NCBI GenBank assembly: GCA_937625935.1
Contig: OW569387.1
Location: forward strand, 1-64,000
Direction: 5' to 3'
DNA: 64,000 bases
Source: Tetramitus jugosus
Lineage: Eukaryota > Protista > Heterolobosea
Of the stretch, positions 37,001 to 46,931 are shown in pieces (positions within the stretch are counted from its first letter, which is position 1; each line of letters opens with the position of its first letter). Under the pieces are notes generated by a model. It ran no database searches, was not told the DNA's origin, and saw only the letters and a program-made list of their open reading frames with translations. Made by a program: the position numbers and the translations under genes.

Positions 37001-39362
37001 ATAGAATAAGTGCGGCATAGAATCGATAGTGACAGAAAGTGTTCTTATCCATGTTGATAGGATCTTGAGAGAAAACACTATGTCCTGAATTTCCTTGCAG
37101 GGAAAAGAGAAAGCCAGAGTCTACACCTAGAGCCTTAGCAACCTTCCGATCGTTGTCATTCAGATTTGTTAGCCTTCGTTTGTACAGTTGAATATTGATC
37201 GTTAAGTTATGTATGATAGGAGTACAAAAATATATGGCATGCAGATCAGAGCGCAACACTAAACCATCTAAAGCCATTTCTAACTCTCTATAGGCCACTT
37301 GTGCCTCTGTTGGTGAGAGACATGAAACAAATGTACCTCTGCCAAACTTCGTTTCACGAAGTTGATGGTTCTGGGGTGATATAACAATCATATTCTGGGA
37401 TGTCAAGAATGATATCCGATCCGATATGAGCTCTTGCAGTTTTTCCTGAGTTACCATTCGAGCCAACAGTGTTCTTTTCGAAAACTCAAACACAGCTTCC
37501 TCACATGCTACTACACCAGACGCAATAACCTCGAGCAGTGCTCGGGTAAGACATACAGGCTTGGCAATGAGGCAACTTCGTAGTTCTGGAAAATCAGAGT
37601 GAATCAATGATAAAGCCTTGTTCTTTGCATCTGCTGAATTCACAATGATGAAGGATTCTCCATATGGATCTAAACCCGCCCTTCCGGCCCTACCCGCTGC
37701 TTGCTTGTACTGAACAATATCAATGTTATCCCTGCCTAACCTTAAGCTAATAAAAATACTTCTACGATTGGGCAAGTTAACACCTGCACATAGCGTAGTT
37801 GTACAACACAAGATGTTAATGATCTTATCTCGAAATGCTTGTTCAATTTCCTTCCTTTCATCTGTTGTCAAACCTGCATGATGAAATGCGACACCATGAG
37901 GGATCACTTCCTTTAAATCTGGGTCTAAGGTAGATGGCAGCCGCGATAGTGTATGCAGCAGCATATTTCTTTCATCAACTCTCTTATTGTTCTTAACAAC
38001 GGATGATACTAATTTTGCCCACTTATTACACTCCAACTTACTTGGACAAAACACAAGGACCTGGCCATCTTCGTTCACTATTTCCTGACAAAGGAGTGAT
38101 ACATGGTCATCATGCTTCCTGTACACATTCTTCAACAAAGAATCGGATCTATTTCCTTTCGTCTCATTGTACTGTGCAAGAGCATCAGGAAGTTGTCGAC
38201 ATATCTCTACGTCTACAGCACTGGTGCTCGAATACACATTATTATCCACCTTAATATATTCCTGAAGTGGTACAGGTCTAAAATTTGTAATATACAACAT
38301 GGCATTATCCAACCATTCGGCTAAATCCTTCACGTTTGGCAATGTAGCACTCATTCCAATAATTTGACAATCACATTTCATATAAAGCAACTTGGACAGA
38401 AGCAACTCTAAGAGATATCCTCTCGATACATCCATAATCATATGAATCTCGTCAATAACGAGCAGACAAATCTCATCTAATCTACCAGACTCAATTAACT
38501 GATTAATCATGGAGTTGGCTTTCTCGATCGTACATACCGCAATGTGAACTTCTTCAAACTCCTGAACAGAAATGGGTCCTCCTATATTTGAGTGATATGC
38601 TCTCGTGTTCAATCCTATCGTGTCTTCTCCAAAATTCCTTGTAAAATCATCCACCTTCTCATCCACAATACTAATGTACGGTGCTACATATATTGCTTTC
38701 CGTATTCTGCCCGTACGAGTCTTTTCTCGTGAAATCAATCGGTTGACCATCAATATCTCCGTACACAGAGTTTTACCACCACTTGTAGGAGCGCAATAGA
38801 TCAAATTACGCATGGAGCGAGATCCGTTGAGCTGACTTGTCATGTGATCCTTGCTGATTCGATCCAACAAATCAACCTGCCATTCATACAGTCTCCGCAC
38901 ACCTCTATCACAATAGGTCTTGGCAACAGGTTCAGGCAACCAATAATGAGGATCGAACATGTCATCAGTGAGTTGTTCACCTTGTTTCTCCCTTTCACCA
39001 TCGCCGTTCAACCTCTCCTCATAATCATCATGACGGTGGTGCTTGCGTTCATCGTCATCATCTTCGCCAGCATGACTATAATCCATTCCACTGCTACTAC
39101 AACTATAGCTACTGCTACCAATGGGAAAGCTAGAGACTGAAAATTCAGTCGTTGGTTGTAACAACTGATGATCGGAGAGTTGACTCAATTGATTCAATGC
39201 TTCAATTACATCTTCATCATTGTCAAGTGATGTTGTTGTCGGAGAGTTGACATGAGACTTTAATTTATGGTTGTTCTTGTTGTTGTGTTGTTGAGATTGC
39301 ATGAGAAAGGCTTGATCGTATTGACTCATGGGCACCCATGTCTCTTCATCCTCATAGTCCAT
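34083..39362 (-). CDS. POLQ: DNA polymerase theta (SF2 helicase + family A polymerase)
   Basis: Helicase motifs APTSGGKT, DEIH, GMSATL, GVAFHHAGL and AGRAGRAG. PolA motifs TGRL...PNLQNIP, SADYRQIECR, KTVFYGIMYGMG, QGSAADLIK and QIHDELIFE. Intronless 1759 aa. Confidence 0.97.
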   Translation of the reverse strand: MDYEDEETWVPMSQYDQAFLMQSQQHNNKNNHKLKSHVNSPTTTSLDNDEDVIEALNQLSQLSDHQLLQPTTEFSVSSFPIGSSSYSCSSSGMDYSHAGEDDDDERKHHRHDDYEERLNGDGEREKQGEQLTDDMFDPHYWLPEPVAKTYCDRGVRRLYEWQVDLLDRISKDHMTSQLNGSRSMRNLIYCAPTSGGKTLCTEILMVNRLISREKTRTGRIRKAIYVAPYISIVDEKVDDFTRNFGEDTIGLNTRAYHSNIGGPISVQEFEEVHIAVCTIEKANSMINQLIESGRLDEICLLVIDEIHMIMDVSRGYLLELLLSKLLYMKCDCQIIGMSATLPNVKDLAEWLDNAMLYITNFRPVPLQEYIKVDNNVYSSTSAVDVEICRQLPDALAQYNETKGNRSDSLLKNVYRKHDDHVSLLCQEIVNEDGQVLVFCPSKLECNKWAKLVSSVVKNNKRVDERNMLLHTLSRLPSTLDPDLKEVIPHGVAFHHAGLTTDERKEIEQAFRDKIINILCCTTTLCAGVNLPNRRSIFISLRLGRDNIDIVQYKQAAGRAGRAGLDPYGESFIIVNSADAKNKALSLIHSDFPELRSCLIAKPVCLTRALLEVIASGVVACEEAVFEFSKRTLLARMVTQEKLQELISDRISFLTSQNMIVISPQNHQLRETKFGRGTFVSCLSPTEAQVAYRELEMALDGLVLRSDLHAIYFCTPIIHNLTINIQLYKRRLTNLNDNDRKVAKALGVDSGFLFSLQGNSGHSVFSQDPINMDKNTFCHYRFYAALILSELADEKSIVDVSQQFDLPRGQIQSFQKTASTFANMITSMCYALGWANLASIFSNCCQRLQYGVRSELVEICMIPDMTVNRARVLFNRGYDTISKIASARFEQVTHAFHSLIPHSNDTSEYLGKMKVEEKIAKQVVTYARQMMKSADAQSRETLVNLISDRPQRDAPIGVMSPSKNTQHRIAYCSPDKSFISQYTQRKSLGKQISTPSSRTNSSAKRKLVLTLTEHQPENSKKQKVDAIATRAALSNITNETHSPDTPPPPPVTPATVEQKKPFSMVCSKPLQHNYEVPYHVEVLRGDNLQDDKVTIVRLFHELSSQRSIGFLVHSLEIKPCIIKQSVHKSKAQTKVSGISFCFPKINENGVELIDKVFYLKLGDPIDPILRNVISKFFQSRTDNRLFSFCIKEQWKVLYEHGIVIGSFHGFVDVQIADWILKPDEKKKNRDSLDVIYRSHMTNAMTSPTNQADLERQYRGVPEQCTMAIHATRLGIYLRTVMSNSNLLSPFDKLEMKLIPVLAIMEYNGFAFDSKVLPQIRDQVTERKKHIVREIERVLEQKGILFSLKDLQSPKKVGEMLFIHLKLDCPTGTKRATDKESLLKLRKQYASDPDVSKIICHIQEFRSLSSLLSKQLSSFTSQHIVYNVDDQTEKIFASQVQIASETGRLAVINPNLQNIPHAITIEGMNGESININVRKGFVASDPTNYLLMSADYRQIECRMMAHLASDSTLINIMKEHKRDLFEEIACEFFSHDSVEDVTSEERDTVKTVFYGIMYGMGAKRLGESIKDMREKSSTIVDLKADYTDDARQYIETLMTRFPAIRNYTRKVVPEMLEQKGYVQTLSGRRRYLEDSKSKNPDDQASARRKALSTICQGSAADLIKIAMINIFHDLEKMNHKQEKPIATLILQIHDELIFEVRKDSIDMVALLVKKNMEDAAVTPIRGQYTVIPPLLVNTPVKLQIGPNWANLKEYHPPPTPE

Positions 39363-39730
39363 GCTTGATTCCAGATGAAAAGTTTCTATTGTGCTATGAA
39401 TCTATGAATCAGTCATGTTCTATCCAAGGGTTTTTTGTTTTCGAGTTCGACAAAATTTTGGAACTGTAGGGTCAAGCTTGTTCCAAAGATTTCTGGAATG
39501 AAAAAAGACTGAGTTGTCCAGAATTGAAGTTGGTTTGAAGGTTCTTCAGCTGTGTGTGCATTTTATTTTGTCAAATGATATCGAGAGGTGAATAACAAAA
39601 ATAGTCAATTTACAACTCTTGTACGTACATGCAAGTCGCATGATATTACCTCTAATCATCAGGATAGAGAGCATGTTTAAATAATACGTGACATTAGCTT
39701 TCGCCGCGTCAGAGAAAAGGTCATGACAAG

Positions 39731-40741
39731 TTAATATCCTTCGCCTTCTCTGTTGTCGTGCTCCCTGTCATATTCTGTTGTTTGTTGTTCTCTTCTTGTT
39801 GTTCTTCTTCTTCCTCTTCTTCTCTCGGAGAAGTCTTCAGCACGTCGTTGTTCATTGTCCAGGGAGTCATCGTGATCAAAGTAGTGATCTAGGCTTGATT
39901 GACCACTACTCGTAGAATAAGAAGAGGAATTGTGTTGTTGTTGTTGTTGATAGGATGACGATGATACATTGCTCGAGGTTGTTTGTTGTTCCAATGTAGT
40001 TTGCTCTCTGCCTTGATCATACTCTAGAACTTCCATCGAGTATGAAGATGCTCTCTCTGGATCCAGTTCTTTGATTCTGTTTGAATTGACAAAAAAGTTC
40101 AATGTTTCAGTTCAATATTCCATGTGACATACAATGATACACCCAAAATACACAACATAATCTCATCAGTATACAATAAAATTGACAGACAACACATACT
40201 TTTTTCTAATTTCATAGGATCGAGGTGTCAACAGTGAAGCCGTATTGCGCATCCATTCTTCACCTCCATCCTTCTTCAGCGGTCCCATGACATGAAACAT
40301 GTACGTTGCCGCAAACACCACAAAGCCATACGCTGGATGAGTCGGAGGATTAAATGGCCTCACCCGTTGCAGCATTCTTGAAAATCCGCCGGCTATCGGA
40401 GAATAAAACTGTCCTTCGCCGTACCGCGCGGGTTTTGTCAAGTAAACGTACGCAGCACCGCTGACAAACAAGGAAGCCAGAGAAAAACGCGCCAATGTGT
40501 CCTCTGTTTTCTTGTCGGCCAATTGATCTTCGACTTTGAGTAGGGTGACATGATCAGGTGACCAACTTCGAACAAAGAATTCTCTGAGAGCTCGATTCAC
40601 CACTTGAACTTTCTGTTGTGGTGCCAATTGTTCAATTTGTTGTCTTTGGAGATCAAGTGCTTGTTGGGGTGATCGACGCTGATTATTGTCATTGCCTTGT
40701 TGTTGTTGCTGTTGTTGTTGAATATTCATGTTGTTCATCAT
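39731..40741 (-). CDS. Hypothetical two-TM protein; exons 40741-40200, 40076-39731
   Basis: The GTATGT..AAACAG intron 40077-40199 joins EIRKK|IKELDPE. Two hydrophobic segments. Confidence 0.7.
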
Positions 40742-41027
40742 TTTGTGCAGCACCTAATATTGTGATGATTCTTGTTCTTGTTGTTGTTTTTATTGTTTGT
40801 TGTTTGTGTGGAAATGATATTTGCATGATCTGTTTAGCCGCTTTTTTTGTCCGACAACTATTTGCCGCCCTATGATGAAATACAACAGAACGATCAATTG
40901 ATTCTTATTGATCATCCAGGATTACGCTCGAAGCTCAATTTCCCATCCTCGCCCATGCACATAACATACAGTATCTCAAACCCTATGGGAAGGATATCTC
41001 TTGGGATGCCAGCACATTCAAGAATAT

Positions 41028-42719
41028 CTAACAAGACAACCGGGTGAGTGTGATGAAGCCTGTTGTTGCCGGTGTGAGTTGTCCACTGAATGCAAGATAG
41101 ATTGTACAATTCTGGGGAAGGTACAAATAATCTATAAGTGTCAGACCTGTTATACCGGGATGTGTTGGATCATTGATAAGTGCCTGATGATCTGAGAGTT
41201 GTACGGTCTTGGGATGAGCTGCAGATAGTATAACACCGCCGTTAACTAACAGATCAATTTTGGCTTTGTGATTGCAAGTGTAGAACCCAAACCTAATCTC
41301 ATAGATACCAGCTTCCTCAACTCGTATTTCTGAATTGTTGGGACAGAGTTGAAAGATGTTGGTTGTATCTGTGTCCATCTTTGTCCACATGATTCTCCCT
41401 TTAAAATTGTTTTGATCTCTCCATGATAGTGTTGTTGATTCTATAGGTTTCAATTCTCTTATGCAGTTCAACAATTCTTCTCGAGAAGCAAGAAGAGAAA
41501 GATATCCCTTTATCTTGCTTCTCCAATCATCAAATAAGATAGTGTCCATTTTTTCATTGATCCTCTGTTCGATGAAATCAATCTTAGCTACCAGACTTGA
41601 GAAATTCTGCTCCCCAAATTCACACTTCGATATTCTAGCTTCCAGCTCTTCTATTTGAGTTGTATTTGTTTTCTTTCTTAGTGCGAGAATTACATCTCTT
41701 TTCTCTGCTTTGCTCTCTATTTGTTTCACCAACGTTTCAAATTTGTTCAGAGATACCTTCTTGGACAAAGCTACCTTTGTATCTTCGACCAATGCATACT
41801 TCCCCTTATTCCCATTGATTACAATATTGTGAAGTTTCTGAACCTCATCCCGCAGTTGTGTAATTTCATTGGCCATGTTCTCTGAACGAAATTCCCTTAT
41901 AGCTCCTCTCATGTCTTCCAGGCTCGTTTGAGTGTCATTGCACTGACTCTCCATGTCACTCCGAATTCTTCTCACATGTTCAAATTGCTCATTGAGAGCC
42001 ATGATCACTTCATCTCTATCAACCTTTAAGTCTAGCAATTGAGTGTTTCTTTCGTGATTTCCCTTCTCTTTGTTGATAGTTTCACGGAGTTCTTCTACCT
42101 GGTTGTCCCTCTCAGCTTCCCTTAGAACAAAAATTTCAAACTCTGCTTTTATCTGATGTATCTCTCTCAACTGGCTATCAAATAGAGAGTGAATGTATCC
42201 AACATCAACTTGCTCTTGTATTATTGACATGACTTGATCCCTTGTTAAAGTTTGTTGCTGATGTAAATCTAATTCGTGCCTCTCAACTTTCCTGTCCAAC
42301 AAACTCTGAATGTCCATCATTGAACATTTACTCGAAATACAGTCATGAAGAACCTTCGTACTTCGCAGAACTTCAGCAGAAATTTCAGATTTTGACGCCT
42401 TGAGTTTCAATTTGGATTCAAGAGCTTCAATTTTGTTCTCTAGATCCTTTATCAAATTGGATTGTCGCTCGATTGATAGAATAAAGCCCTGTAAGAGTTC
42501 CTTCATTTCTTGTGATTGTTGATTTGGCTCCAGGCTTGTCTTTTGAACTTTCGGGGAATCAAAGACCACTTGAGGCATAGCATCATTGTCCCAACTCATC
42601 CATGATTCATCATGGATACTAAGTTCGGCAGTATCCTGGAGAAGCGGGTCAAAATAGGGTTGCTTCTCATTCTTGTTTGAGACAACAAGATCGCTTTCTT
42701 TCTCTTCTCTGTGTGTCAT
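41028..42719 (-). CDS. Coiled-coil protein with C-terminal C1q/TNF-like domain
   Basis: Long heptad region, then IRVEEAGIYEIRFGFY, LLVNG, GLTLIDYLYLP and GFITLTRL. Confidence 0.75.
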   Translation of the reverse strand: MTHREEKESDLVVSNKNEKQPYFDPLLQDTAELSIHDESWMSWDNDAMPQVVFDSPKVQKTSLEPNQQSQEMKELLQGFILSIERQSNLIKDLENKIEALESKLKLKASKSEISAEVLRSTKVLHDCISSKCSMMDIQSLLDRKVERHELDLHQQQTLTRDQVMSIIQEQVDVGYIHSLFDSQLREIHQIKAEFEIFVLREAERDNQVEELRETINKEKGNHERNTQLLDLKVDRDEVIMALNEQFEHVRRIRSDMESQCNDTQTSLEDMRGAIREFRSENMANEITQLRDEVQKLHNIVINGNKGKYALVEDTKVALSKKVSLNKFETLVKQIESKAEKRDVILALRKKTNTTQIEELEARISKCEFGEQNFSSLVAKIDFIEQRINEKMDTILFDDWRSKIKGYLSLLASREELLNCIRELKPIESTTLSWRDQNNFKGRIMWTKMDTDTTNIFQLCPNNSEIRVEEAGIYEIRFGFYTCNHKAKIDLLVNGGVILSAAHPKTVQLSDHQALINDPTHPGITGLTLIDYLYLPQNCTIYLAFSGQLTPATTGFITLTRLSC

Positions 42720-42877
42720 TGCTTGCACCAAACAATAATTTTCTTGTCAATTGTTTGAGCGCCAATCATATCGTTTTCCGTAGCCGAGCAATAGAAAACC
42801 CGAATAAGTTTGTTGTACAATAAAACGACACCCACTAGAACAATCTAATTTATATCGACAGTACTCTCGTTCGATAA

Positions 42878-44446
42878 TTAATGTTTCCTTGTAAGCTTTA
42901 AGGGCGATTTCGTCATGCCGGTAATAATAGTTGAACTGGACTTAAAATGGTCAAATACTTTTTCTATGAAAGCGTTGTCTCGCTTGCTACTGGACCAAGC
43001 GAGTTTGTGGATACCATTCAAATACAATAATGCTTTCTCTGTGATGGATTCTTGATCGCATCCATTCAAATGGAGGCTGTTGATACCAGTCAAATGAGAA
43101 AATGCATGGTCAGTGATCCGAGTACAACAATTCATCATGAGTGTACGAATACCAACCAAATGAAGAAAAGCATTGTCAGAGATTTGATTGCAACTACTCA
43201 TATTGAGTGTGTGAATGCCCTTCAAGTAATAAAAGGCACTATCTGTAATGGTTGCTTGGTTGCAACAAAACATATGTAGTGTGTGAATACCAGCCAAATG
43301 AGCAAACGCCTTGTCGGTGATCGTGGCTTGACTACAGCGACCCATATTCAGTGTGTGAATTCCGGCCAAATGAGAAAATGCGTCGTCTGTGATCTGAGGG
43401 CACAGACTCATATCGAGAGTGTGAATGCCAATCAAATGACGGAATGCATTGTCTGTGATACGAATACAACCACTCATATTCAGTGTGTGGATGCCAGTCA
43501 GATGAGAAAATGCCTTGTCTGTTAATTGATCGCAATCCTCAATGTTGAGTGTGTGAATGCCAATCAAATTAGAAAATGAATCATCTGTGATTTGAGTGCA
43601 ACCACCCATATCTAGTGAGTGAATGCCCACCAAATGAGAAAGAGCTTGATCTGATACTTGAGGGCAACTCTTCATATTCAGTGTGTGGATACCAGTCAAG
43701 TAAGCAAACCCATGATCCGTGATTTTCTTGCAGCGATTCATACTGAGAGTGTGAATGCCAATCAAATGATGAAATACTTTGTCTGTGATTCGAGTACAAC
43801 CACTCACATCGAGCGTGTGAATCCCAGTCAGATGAGAAAGGGCTTGATCTGTTAGTCGTCTGCAAAAACGCATCCTGAGCTTGTGAATACCAATCAAATG
43901 ACGGAATGCGTTGTCTGTGATTTGCTTGCAGCTACTCATATCGAGTGTATGAATACCAGTCAAATGAGTCATTGCACCATCTGTAATAAACTTGCAACCA
44001 CTCATATCGAGAGTGTGGATGCCAACCAAATGAACAACAGCTTTATCTGTGATTAGATGACATTCATTCATGTCAAGTGTGTGAATGCCCTCCAGATATT
44101 GGAAGTGCTTGTCCATTACATGAGAGTGCCACCCGAAGCAAACATTAAACAATGTTCCTTGTGCCAATCGAAACCCATGCTCAATTTCATTGTCATCCGA
44201 ATTGTGTTTTAGCTTTCTAGTTTTGTTGGACATGAGCAATCGATTGAATTTGAATTGATTGATTCCTTTGCAAGTGTAACTCAATTGCAGCCATGAGCGC
44301 GTGTCACAAAATTCCACAATTTTCGACCATACATCCCTGCAAAGAGAGTAGAGCACAAATATTTCAATTGTGACATGTTCGTCACTCTCATTATTTATTG
44401 CTATGATGTTTTCCAGTTCGTTATCCTTATCCCCACCATTCTTCAT
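42878..44446 (-). CDS. F-box + 'HLxGIHTL' leucine-rich repeat protein
   Basis: F-box-like LCRDVWSKIVEFCDTRSWLQLSYTCKGI, then 16 repeats of GIHTLxMxxCxxITDxAFxHLx and a cap. Confidence 0.9.
   Translation of the reverse strand: MKNGGDKDNELENIIAINNESDEHVTIEIFVLYSLCRDVWSKIVEFCDTRSWLQLSYTCKGINQFKFNRLLMSNKTRKLKHNSDDNEIEHGFRLAQGTLFNVCFGWHSHVMDKHFQYLEGIHTLDMNECHLITDKAVVHLVGIHTLDMSGCKFITDGAMTHLTGIHTLDMSSCKQITDNAFRHLIGIHKLRMRFCRRLTDQALSHLTGIHTLDVSGCTRITDKVFHHLIGIHTLSMNRCKKITDHGFAYLTGIHTLNMKSCPQVSDQALSHLVGIHSLDMGGCTQITDDSFSNLIGIHTLNIEDCDQLTDKAFSHLTGIHTLNMSGCIRITDNAFRHLIGIHTLDMSLCPQITDDAFSHLAGIHTLNMGRCSQATITDKAFAHLAGIHTLHMFCCNQATITDSAFYYLKGIHTLNMSSCNQISDNAFLHLVGIRTLMMNCCTRITDHAFSHLTGINSLHLNGCDQESITEKALLYLNGIHKLAWSSSKRDNAFIEKVFDHFKSSSTIITGMTKSPLKLTRKH
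43018..44089 (-). repeat. Coding tandem repeat, 66/72-bp LRR units
   Basis: Recurrent gtgtgaatgcc/acc...caaatgag and gtctgtgat on the + strand. Confidence 0.9.
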
Positions 44447-44536
44447 GTTTTGTGGTTCGCCTTGGGTTTTCTCCGTTTTGGCTCTCTCGAATCCAAAATG
44501 CAAAAAAAGAAAAAGAACAGGCCAACCAATAACCAA

Positions 44537-46552
44537 ATGATCCATAACACACTCACTCACAACTTTCGCCAAGTATCACTCACTGATCGAACAACTCTCT
44601 TTTTTGAAAATAAGGGAACTGTACTTCAAAACTCTATTCTCACACATGATTTTGACAATGATGATCACATTGAGTTCATCATGGGCAGCATCTATGGTTC
44701 ACTTGTTGTGTTCAAGCACAAGAATATGGAACCAGTGTATCGATGTGATCACTTGGGAACTGTATGTTTATTGATTCATGATTGATTGATTGATTCAACA
44801 TCATATCAAGCAAAACTAACAACTTTTCTATTGTATGTGTGTATGTGTGTGAAAAAATAGATTACCTGTATCACATCAACGACTTTTCAAGGTGTAAGCT
44901 ACTTGGTTGTTGTGTGTGCAGAAGGTGAATGTCACTTGTTTCAATCTGTCATCACCACAAATCATCATCACACATTGACTACTACCACTACTACTACCAC
45001 AACAACAACAACACTCCATGATTCACATTCATCACCTTCATCATCCATGCATCAACAACAACAACATTCACCATCATCACCAACTCCATCACCATCATGT
45101 GAACACATTAGTCCACTGTTCACTCGACGCATACCATGCAACATTACATGTGCACTCATGATTGATTATGACATGGATGGTGAAGAAGAGCTCATTATTG
45201 GAAGCAATGATCGTAATCTGTACATTTACAAGATGAATATCGCACAACAGAGTTTTTCATTGTTGAAAAAGATTGCCATGGATGACAATCAAGTGTTTTC
45301 ATTGAGCAAGCATCATCATCATCATCATCGAAACAATCCAACAAGTTATGATGATATTTTAATTGGATTTGCAGGTGGTGGTTATGCTGTGATTGATTGT
45401 GCTGCATCGACCCGTGATCACTGTTGCATTCGATTCTTTAAAGCAACAACAACAACTTCTACTACTTCTACTACTTCTACTGTAGCAACATCACCAACAC
45501 AACAACAGCATCATCACAACAACAATAGTCAATTGATCAACCATAAGTCAAATTCACAACACAACAACAATAGTAGAAAACAACAAGTGCGGTCACGCAA
45601 CAATAGAGACTATGATGAAGAAGATGATGATGATTACTACTATGATGATGATGATGATGATGATGACGACGAAGATGAGGATAATGATGAGGATAATGAT
45701 CGAACCAATCATGCGAACAATCATCATAATACTCTCGATAATAATAATAATACTAATATGATTAGCAATAATACAAGAGAAGAAAATGAAATGTTAGTGT
45801 TCTCCAAGCAAAGTTCAGTCATTTCAAAACCGTTGATCGTCCTTGGAAATCTATCATGGTGTTTGAATGATGATGATGAGAATGGTCATCATAGTGGTGA
45901 TAGGGATGATACTTGTGATGATGATGGAGAACATTTGGCTGCATTTGTGACTCTTGATGGTAAAATAACGGTTCATTGTCCATTGGACGGTTTCAGAAGT
46001 GTGTCGACAAGTTGGACAATGGATCTTCATCAGGAGATTGTGTCCATTTATCAAGCACCGTTTGTCGTTGACTGTTGTGCGCCAAATGAGCGAGAATCGA
46101 GTAAGCAATCTCAAAAACACTTGTGTGTGACAACATGGGACGGAAATACGTTTGTAATTGACCAGTACAAGAACGTTGTTTGTTTCAATCTACAGGAGAG
46201 AATATCGGCGTTTTATGTGGGTCATTATTCTCTTGTTAGAGATCAACCTCCCGTGCTGTGTCTATTCTATGTGACCTTTACGGACAAAATTTATGTGTAT
46301 TACAATGTAGAGTTAACAAGCGTGCCTCCACTGGACCTCAAGCATGCACTGTTGAGTGACCCAGAAGCAAAACAACTTTTGAGTCAAGTGTTTGAAAAAC
46401 TTCACATATTTAACATTAATGAAGTGGAGAGCTCCAAGTTGCTCCATTCGGTGCTTTATGACTTTGATGAGACACAAATCGAACTATTGAACAATTGGGA
46501 AAGAGACCATAATACACAACGAAGCAGCAATGTTGACGAACAGTCATCATAA
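44537..46552 (+). CDS. ITFG2: KICSTOR subunit ITFG2 (FG-GAP repeat protein); exons 44537-44761, 44861-46552
   Basis: FRQVSLTDR..., DFDNDDHIEFIMG, LGT|ITC, VVCAEGECHLF, RRIPCNI, DYDMDGEEELIIGSNDR, TWDGNTFVID, AFYVGHY and CLFYVTF all follow the ITFG2 pattern. Intron GTATGT..CTAAC..TAG. Confidence 0.85.
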
Positions 46553-46931
46553 CGCTTGATAATGTCTCCTCCTGAAAGTTGATGTCGCTAATTTTCTGCA
46601 CCTGCTTCTCCAAATCTGGAGCAGTACCTCCCCGCACGTTTTTACAGGAATCACCTGTCGTCAAATCATCTTGTATTTTTTTGCTGTGACAACAATCATC
46701 AGTCTTGTCGTGGTGGTCTCTGATGTCGGTACCTTTCTGGGTCTCAATTGTCCAACACTAGAACACACCTGCCCTTTGTGTTATTGCCACTTCTCGCCCC
46801 CATGACCAACTCGACACCCATGAACAACACCACAAACAAAAAACAAAAGCAAGTTGCTGCCTCTGCTTAGGATCACCAACACCAAAACACCAAACTCCTC
46901 TCTGTCCTATCATTAAAAAACTTTTTTATAA

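Noticed and set aside
34083-39362. Viral or Polinton-type helicase-polymerase
   Set aside because: HELQ-type SF2 plus PolA is canonical cellular POLQ. No TIRs, integrase or capsid genes.
43018-44089. Regular 66-bp repeats resembling a CRISPR array
   Set aside because: They are in-frame LRR coding units with synonymous variation. There are no unique spacers or cas genes, and the context is eukaryotic.
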